Positions 30,812-36,773 of a stretch of DNA of 36,773 nt are shown one piece after another. Position 1 is the stretch's first letter, and each line of letters begins with the position of its first letter. Source of the stretch: a virus (lineage: Duplodnaviria > Caudoviricetes); IMG/VR virus record IMGVR_UViG_3300032257_000055, positions 1 through 36,773 of that record. One strand, 5' to 3'. The translations under genes and the position numbers were made by a program. A model generated the notes under the pieces. It made no database searches and had not been told where the DNA came from. It saw nothing but the letters and a program-made list of their open reading frames with translations.

Positions 30812-31050
30812 TTATCTTTTTTTCCGCTAGATTTTATTTTCTTGTCTTCAATCAATGCTGATTTTAGCTTTTCGTTCTCTAACTCCTTTAGCTCCATCAC
30901 CTTTTTAGGGTCTGTAATTTCTGCAAAACTAGGAGGACGATATATCTCGCAAATCTTTTTTTCAATAAGTTTTCTAGCTCGCTCATCTGGAAAACCTTTA
31001 ACCTCACCAGCATCGCCAGCTTTAGACTTAATAAGACATTTAAGTATCAT
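30808..31050 (-). CDS. hypothetical head-region protein
   Basis: Between capsid and connector genes; AGEV..F...RA..LI..K motif. Confidence 0.65.
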   Translation of the reverse strand: MILKCLIKSKAGDAGEVKGFPDERARKLIEKKICEIYRPPSFAEITDPKKVMELKELENEKLKSALIEDKKIKSSGKKDK

Positions 31051-31094
31051 TTGATCACCAAATTATAGGGCGCTGTATTAGCCGCCCCCACTGA

Positions 31095-32294
31095 TTATGG
31101 AGCGACGGTAAATAAGCCCTTACAAAATGCGCTTGGTCGCTGAATGCCAAGGGTGTAACGCTCTTCCGCTAAAATTGCAACGCCATTTTTAACAAAATAA
31201 TCTGCATGCGATTCGCTAACTCGAATTTCTACAGATTCGCGATCATAGATTTTTGCGCCCATAGTCCAATCGCCAAGAATAAAGTTGCTGACTGTCATGG
31301 CATTTGTTACAACTACCGGCATGCGCCAAATGCGTTCGCTAGCACCTTCCGATGGAAACTGAATCATCAGATAGTGACCATCTGTAGCTTTTGCGGTCTC
31401 TAATGTTTCCCAGTCAGCAGGGTTTAAAACCACTCCGGTCATATTGTAGTATTCAGCAGTTTGGCACGTAGTAACAGCAGATCGAATATGCTCAATCATT
31501 GCAGCAGGAAGATCGGCAGCCGTTGTGCCCGACGCAATCTGGCCTACAGTTGGTACGTCAGCGTCAACCATGAGTCCAGTCATATTTCCGTTTGTGCCAT
31601 CACCGAAAAGTAGCTGATCGTCAGATTCCAATTGTAGTCCATACCGCAAATCAATATCGATTAGCGATTTAAGCATAGGGGCATCAGCTAAAGCTTGACG
31701 TGAAGCCGGCACCCAGTGCGCAATGGTAGAGCCTGGAAGCTGAACCAACTCCCAAGTAATGTTGGATTCGCCTTTGGCCGCAAACTCTGCGCTTTGCGCA
31801 CCTGCATTATTAGTAAAAACCAACTGTCGCATAAATTCAGCTGCGCCCGTAGACGAGGGAATTGTTGGGATCAAATCACGAATACGTTTTTGACGCTCTG
31901 GCTCTCGATATACGGTAGGGTCTCGATAAGTATCAACTAAAGGCCCTGCCGAAGTGGGAAGCGTAGTAATCGCCTTCTTACTAATTGACATTGGAATATC
32001 GCTTCCACGGTTCGTTGAGGTCATATTCTTAAATACGTCAGACTCAACAAAGCTATCACCTAGAGACTTCACTGAAGACGCCTCAGGTATTTTAGCCGCC
32101 TTCTGGTGAATATCTGTGATCTCATCTTTTAGCTGATCAATTAGCGCCTTTTGGGCCTCCATAGTCTCGCCCATTGACTTTAGTGAAGCATCGGAGGCTT
32201 TTCCACTTTCCTCTGTTTCTAGCTTTATTGCTTTAATTTTTTCATCGATCTGCTCTGCAATTTTAGCGAGCGCGTCTTTTGTTTCCTGTGACAT
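31095..32294 (-). CDS. major capsid protein, HK97 fold
   Basis: N-terminal coiled-coil delta domain; IAHW...SRQ.L.DA; LNP.DW; F.KN.V.ILAEER. ATG at 32294 with AGGTGG RBS. Confidence 0.95.
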   Translation of the reverse strand: MSQETKDALAKIAEQIDEKIKAIKLETEESGKASDASLKSMGETMEAQKALIDQLKDEITDIHQKAAKIPEASSVKSLGDSFVESDVFKNMTSTNRGSDIPMSISKKAITTLPTSAGPLVDTYRDPTVYREPERQKRIRDLIPTIPSSTGAAEFMRQLVFTNNAGAQSAEFAAKGESNITWELVQLPGSTIAHWVPASRQALADAPMLKSLIDIDLRYGLQLESDDQLLFGDGTNGNMTGLMVDADVPTVGQIASGTTAADLPAAMIEHIRSAVTTCQTAEYYNMTGVVLNPADWETLETAKATDGHYLMIQFPSEGASERIWRMPVVVTNAMTVSNFILGDWTMGAKIYDRESVEIRVSESHADYFVKNGVAILAEERYTLGIQRPSAFCKGLFTVAP

Positions 32295-32303
32295 GGTATC
32301 CAC

Positions 32304-32984
32304 CTATAATTTAAAGTTTAGTAGTGCATTTAGTGTTTCTTTTTCTTCTTTCTCGTCACGCTCACCGTGAATGCTCTTTACTGCCGCCACGGTCGCCGTG
32401 GCTTCAGATTGCGAAAGACCTTTTTCTCTCAAAAACTTTTCTACATCTTTTAGATGCTTTACCGACTTTATGCAAGTCTTAGACTCTTTAATATCTGCAA
32501 GACCTAGTGATTTTATTGCAGCCATAACGTTCTCTCCCATCATTCTTGGCTCACACGGCATGACCGTTAGTGTGTCTCGCTTTAAGGGCCAGTCAATAAT
32601 GTTTTTTCCATCTCTGCGCGTTCTTGAACCTATGGCTTCGCTAGAGTTTCCGATCACGCCTGCATCAATTAACGGCTCTATAAACTCCATATATTTAGCG
32701 TGACGATTAAGTACGCGCTCGACAAATATTCCATTGTCATCTACAACCGCAGTCTTCCAATCAACAAAACCTAGAACATCATCACTATTTACTCCCAAGC
32801 CATCAGGATCTAGACCGTGCTCGAAATCAACATGAAGCATTTTAGACGCCGTATACGGACTATCGAAATTTGTCGTCTTTAGGAAAGTTTCGCCGGACAT
32901 ATCCCGCCCGCCAAACAATACTATATAGTTTGATACTCTTAGCTCGTCATCACTTGATGATACCGATTTTAAATTATTATTCAT
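32304..32984 (-). CDS. prohead maturation protease (HK97 family)
   Basis: Between portal and capsid; D..GE.F, EH catalytic His, G.SS nucleophile, LTV.P.EPR. Confidence 0.85.
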   Translation of the reverse strand: MNNNLKSVSSSDDELRVSNYIVLFGGRDMSGETFLKTTNFDSPYTASKMLHVDFEHGLDPDGLGVNSDDVLGFVDWKTAVVDDNGIFVERVLNRHAKYMEFIEPLIDAGVIGNSSEAIGSRTRRDGKNIIDWPLKRDTLTVMPCEPRMMGENVMAAIKSLGLADIKESKTCIKSVKHLKDVEKFLREKGLSQSEATATVAAVKSIHGERDEKEEKETLNALLNFKL

Positions 32985-34170
32985 TGATTCCACCATTTTC
33001 CGATCCAAGCTCGACCAAAGAGCCATTCATGTATAAATTATCCCCGCCAGCCTTTGGGGGCCGGCCCTCTTCGGCCCTCCCCTCGTTTGGCGTTATCAAC
33101 GACGCGTTTACGGCTTTCGATTGAGCGTCAAGCCTAGTAGCCATATCTGCACGCAAAAGGCTATCAAAATTAAATTCTATATCTGTCGTTTTCCAATCTT
33201 CGCGAGGCATCAAGTTAACCTTCATGCTTAGCTCAATACGCTCCAGGTATGGCTTAACATTCAGTTTATAGAATCCCATGTTGATTTCAGCTATACCGCT
33301 ACCCCATGTTGTGGTGCCTGAAGTGTCATTAATTAGAACGGATGGCACACCTATAAACCTTGCCAAATCTTCAACAGAATATTTCCTGCTTTCTAGCAGC
33401 TGCATATCTGTTGGGCTAAGGCTTGTTTGCTGGTATTTAAAGCCAGCTTCAAGCACGAATAGAGAGTTGCTATCACCTTCGTTTAGCCCTTTATATGACT
33501 CCTTAATAGATTCTTTTTGTGCTGCTGTTAGAGCTTGATCTATAGTCAGTACGCCGTTTGTTTTTCCTCCGTTAGCAGCTAAAGTTCCCTGCCTATCAGC
33601 TAGATCTTTACTTAACCCAAGAGCATTTCCAGCGTATAACAAGGGTGAAAGTCCGACTATTCCATTGCCAAATATTTTTATATGCCAAATTGAATCCTCG
33701 CTGAATATTTTTACACTACCGTCTTCCGCTTTGTACTCGTAGACTATTGAGCCGTCCTTCATTAAAAACACATCAACTTGAGATGAAGGGTAAACCATCA
33801 GGGAAACTATTCGCCCAGCGGAAATCTGCTTTACAACATATGCATTACCCCATACGACAAGGTTTAGCATTAACTGCTCAAAAAACTCTATTTTTGTTTG
33901 GTATCTATTCGGCCTGTAATTCAAGAGTTCCCATAGGTCATTGTCTGTCTTTGGGGATTTTACGTTAGTTTCTAGATCCCGCTCATAGCAAACCAAAGGC
34001 ATTACCGAGACGGTCTCGGTAAGAAGTCGCACACCGGCCCAAAAAGCGCTCTGAGTCATTGCGACATCGAAGCTCTTTACTTCGGTAGGGGTGCTAGGAT
34101 ATTCCTTCTGCCGCCCCTCGGAGACAGTATCCCCGCCGTTGCCAAAAATATTAGAGAACCAATTAGACAT
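32977..34170 (-). CDS. portal protein, HK97 family
   Basis: LL..RPN.YQT..EF; L..WGNAY; G..GLSP; LE.R.YSVEDLAR..GVP; TPNE.R. Confidence 0.95.
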   Translation of the reverse strand: MSNWFSNIFGNGGDTVSEGRQKEYPSTPTEVKSFDVAMTQSAFWAGVRLLTETVSVMPLVCYERDLETNVKSPKTDNDLWELLNYRPNRYQTKIEFFEQLMLNLVVWGNAYVVKQISAGRIVSLMVYPSSQVDVFLMKDGSIVYEYKAEDGSVKIFSEDSIWHIKIFGNGIVGLSPLLYAGNALGLSKDLADRQGTLAANGGKTNGVLTIDQALTAAQKESIKESYKGLNEGDSNSLFVLEAGFKYQQTSLSPTDMQLLESRKYSVEDLARFIGVPSVLINDTSGTTTWGSGIAEINMGFYKLNVKPYLERIELSMKVNLMPREDWKTTDIEFNFDSLLRADMATRLDAQSKAVNASLITPNEGRAEEGRPPKAGGDNLYMNGSLVELGSENGGINE

Positions 34171-34178
34171 TCATACCC

Positions 34179-36077
34179 TTAACGCGCTAAAACTAATAAA
34201 TCATTAAAATCAATTCGAGCCGCATTGTCATTCATTGATCTGCTCAATGCCATCATGTGCGCTACAGCCCCATCTATTTTATTTTCTTCGCGCTCTTTGC
34301 GCGGGTAAACGTTGTCCTTTGCATCGGTTTTAGCGACAACGTTTGACAACATCCAAGTAAAAACTGGGTCGCCATTGTGTGAAACCTTTCTAGATCTAAT
34401 CAAACCGTCCATTTGCTTCATTGGCTCACTAAAATTAAGCACAGTTGGCCGAACCTCAACAACGGGAACGCCCTCACTCATAAGCTCAGTAACTAGCATT
34501 GTAGCTTGAAAAGGATCATAAGCCAATTCAACAAGCTCTAACATGCTTGACAGCTCCAAAATATCCTCTTTTATCTCGTTAAAGTCGATTATTTCACCAT
34601 CTGTTATAGTGATATAGCCCTCTTTTGCCCATGTCGAATAGTGAGAATTTGCCGCCCCATCGATAGCAGCCTCCGGCAAATAGTATTTTCCGAACCTTAC
34701 AAAGCTTTCGTCGCCCAAAGGAATCAATATTTCTAACGCAGCAACATCAACCTTGCTTGCCAAATCTAGGCCGATATAAGCGCGCATCCCTTTGAAATCT
34801 TCCAGCTTTAACGCTGTATCCTCTGCCTCAATCCACCGCTCAACATTGAAATAAGCTTCACGAGATCCAACCCACACATTAAGATGCTTTGTTTTATAGA
34901 CTGATTGCTTTCGAGCGTTGTTTTTGGCGTCGGCAAGTCTTGCTAATAGGAAATCTTCACCAACCGAAACGCCGAAATTAGGATTCGCTTTTTTTAGTGT
35001 CTCAACGCTTGCCCAATCGTCACCAGAATCAACCGAATAAATAAGCGCAAACAGCCTATCATTCTCTACCGCACCGTCTAGAATCTTCTGAGCTTCGAGC
35101 TGTAGCGCATAACACGGCCCAGAAAGGTTATCCCCCGCCGTTGTTATCGATAACAGCAAAGGCTGAGAGCGCGCCCCCATACCCGTTTGCATAGTGTCGT
35201 ACATTCTATCGTCAGAATGCTCGTGATATTCGTCAACAATTGCGCACGACGGGCTTGATCCGTCACCAGGGTTTCCAATTATTCGCTCAAACTTGGAGCC
35301 GGTTTTGGGAATGTTAATATTTGACGCACGAACATCAACGCCAAAATGATCGATAAGTTGCGGGTTATTTCTAGCCATGATCTGAGCGGGTATGAATACT
35401 TCGCCGGCCTGTTTCTCACTAGTCGCCCCGCTATACACCTCGGCTCCATGCTCGCCATCAGCACACAGCATATATAAACCGATAGCCGCGGCCAGTTGAG
35501 ACTTACCATTCTTACGCGGAACCAGTAGCAGAATCTCAGAATACCGGCGTAGGTCATTCTTTTTGCGCTTCCACCCGAAGATATTAACGACAAAAAACAC
35601 CTGCCAAGGCTCAAGTATTAAGTTTTTACGCTTGCGCGACCACTCGCCCTTAGTGTGAAACTGAAGCTCGACAAACTTACACGCCTTAGCTGCCGCTGCG
35701 TTGTCGTAGTAGCAAAGTGAGTCCTTGTCGTTTAGGTCGTTAAAGAAATTCCGACACGCTAATCGAATATATTTGCCGGCTGGGATCTCTCCGGATAGAA
35801 CACCTTCAGCGTACCCCTTAGCTATTGAAGTGTAATTCTTGCCGCGTGGTGCTGATACCATAACAACCTTTTCGGGCTGCTTGCGCTCTTGCTTTGGCGG
35901 CTCTGCGCCTTGCTTGTCGGCGCGCATTTGAAGGTATGCGATAACCTCTGGATGGCTGGCGTCTATCTTTTTGCCAACGAAGGCGTTAGGGAATTGCTTA
36001 CTGGCTACGCGGGTGATCGTAGCGGGATTAACACCCGCACGCCGCGCCAGATCTGCCTTGGTTATTAATTGTTGCAT
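34179..36077 (-). CDS. terL: terminase large subunit with N-terminal HTH extension
   Basis: L.PWQ; Walker A VPRKNGKS; Walker B AIVDEYH; ITTAG; GLDLAS..D; YDP; KIDG.VA. Confidence 0.96.
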   Translation of the reverse strand: MQQLITKADLARRAGVNPATITRVASKQFPNAFVGKKIDASHPEVIAYLQMRADKQGAEPPKQERKQPEKVVMVSAPRGKNYTSIAKGYAEGVLSGEIPAGKYIRLACRNFFNDLNDKDSLCYYDNAAAAKACKFVELQFHTKGEWSRKRKNLILEPWQVFFVVNIFGWKRKKNDLRRYSEILLLVPRKNGKSQLAAAIGLYMLCADGEHGAEVYSGATSEKQAGEVFIPAQIMARNNPQLIDHFGVDVRASNINIPKTGSKFERIIGNPGDGSSPSCAIVDEYHEHSDDRMYDTMQTGMGARSQPLLLSITTAGDNLSGPCYALQLEAQKILDGAVENDRLFALIYSVDSGDDWASVETLKKANPNFGVSVGEDFLLARLADAKNNARKQSVYKTKHLNVWVGSREAYFNVERWIEAEDTALKLEDFKGMRAYIGLDLASKVDVAALEILIPLGDESFVRFGKYYLPEAAIDGAANSHYSTWAKEGYITITDGEIIDFNEIKEDILELSSMLELVELAYDPFQATMLVTELMSEGVPVVEVRPTVLNFSEPMKQMDGLIRSRKVSHNGDPVFTWMLSNVVAKTDAKDNVYPRKEREENKIDGAVAHMMALSRSMNDNAARIDFNDLLVLAR

Positions 36078-36112
36078 GCAATTATTTTAAAGCTTGCATG
36101 CAACTACTGCAA
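36072..36112 (-). promoter_or_regulatory. leaderless sigma70 promoter for terL with two TTGCATGCAA palindromes
   Basis: TTGCAG-17 bp-TAAAAT-6 nt-ATG; palindromes at 36072-36081 and 36094-36103. Confidence 0.7.
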
Positions 36113-36120
36113 GTTAAACC

Positions 36121-36312
36121 TTAATCATGGCCGCTTTTGCCCTCATCACAGCCAATAGCCTTAAGTAAGTCGTCATCAACTACAATCTGTAGATTAAGTA
36201 TCGCTACATCTTGAATCTGCATATCAATATTGGCGCTTCGCACCTTCTTAACGCCTAAGTGATCCGATATACGTAAAATTAATTCTCGACCTGATAATTT
36301 TCTACTGACCAC
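36121..36312 (-). CDS. hypothetical protein between terS and terL
   Basis: GTG overlaps the terS TAG; GGAG RBS. Confidence 0.6.
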   Translation of the reverse strand: MVSRKLSGRELILRISDHLGVKKVRSANIDMQIQDVAILNLQIVVDDDLLKAIGCDEGKSGHD

Positions 36313-36713
36313 TACATTTCTCCAAATGGGTTATCGTTCTCGCCTTTGGGCACTACGATCTTTTGCCTGTCACTTGGCGTCATTCCGTACCGCGACATTA
36401 GCGAATCGAGGCGCGACAACTCCGCACCATTCAGCTGAGGTATGACCGCCTCCTTGTCAAACTCACCATGGCGAAATCGATAAAACAGCTTAGACATTAA
36501 TTCGAATGTAGGTCGATCCGTTTCGCTCAGTACACCGACGAACATGACCGAGACAAGATAGTCCCACACTTCTCGCTCACCCTCAGAAAAGTAAGAAGGT
36601 GCCGGCCCAATTCCGCGAACAACTTTAGGGGCGTCTTTATTTGCACGCCCTGAATTATGCTTTGCTGAGCCGTTTAAGTCTTTCATCAACTGCGGCTTTG
36701 CTGGTCTACCCAT
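36312..36713 (-). CDS. terS: terminase small subunit (P27-like)
   Basis: MGRPAKP...K.L.G; AP......E...W; GMTPSDR.K; NPF; AAGGAG RBS. Confidence 0.9.
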   Translation of the reverse strand: MGRPAKPQLMKDLNGSAKHNSGRANKDAPKVVRGIGPAPSYFSEGEREVWDYLVSVMFVGVLSETDRPTFELMSKLFYRFRHGEFDKEAVIPQLNGAELSRLDSLMSRYGMTPSDRQKIVVPKGENDNPFGEM

Positions 36714-36749
36714 GTCGGGACTCCTTTAATGTGAACAGTGTAAACTTAT

Positions 36750-36773
36750 ATTTTGAGGGTGTAAAAAAATGAC
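36750..36773 (-). other. cos terminus, downstream half of cosN region
   Basis: Minus strand begins GTCATTTTTTTACACCCTCAAAAT, 60 bp upstream of terS. Confidence 0.65.

Overview
The window looks like the essentially complete linear genome of an HK97-like long-tailed phage (siphovirus) with cos ends. The host is probably a marine Gammaproteobacterium (inference from gene content). The minus strand carries a morphogenesis operon (36713-20792): terS, a terL with an N-terminal HTH, portal, protease, major capsid, neck genes, tail tube, frameshifted tail chaperones, tape measure, tail tip and a beta-helix tailspike. It also carries a lysis cassette (17193-15526), a TerB-family operon (8237-7475) and a second structural module with an HNH nuclease next to the left end (5689-88). 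The plus strand carries three early blocks: small acidic and HTH proteins; replication initiator with internal iteron origin plus loader; and ERF/YqaJ/SSB/VRR-NUC recombination genes. No integrase, CI-type repressor, ParA, protelomerase, RT, tRNA or CRISPR array was recognised. Most notable: (1) terL is fused to an HTH and sits behind its own apparently leaderless sigma70 promoter overlapped by two perfect TTGCATGCAA palindromes, a candidate self-regulating terminase; (2) an island of about four independently promoted, structured non-coding RNAs surrounds the TerB operon (7150-8810), with cross-complementarity; (3) C4/CI-like RNA elements precede a lipoprotein gene and the replication initiator; (4) two acr-aca-like early operons; (5) several accessory genes are bracketed by short direct repeats. 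All family assignments come from motif recognition by eye, not database searches.
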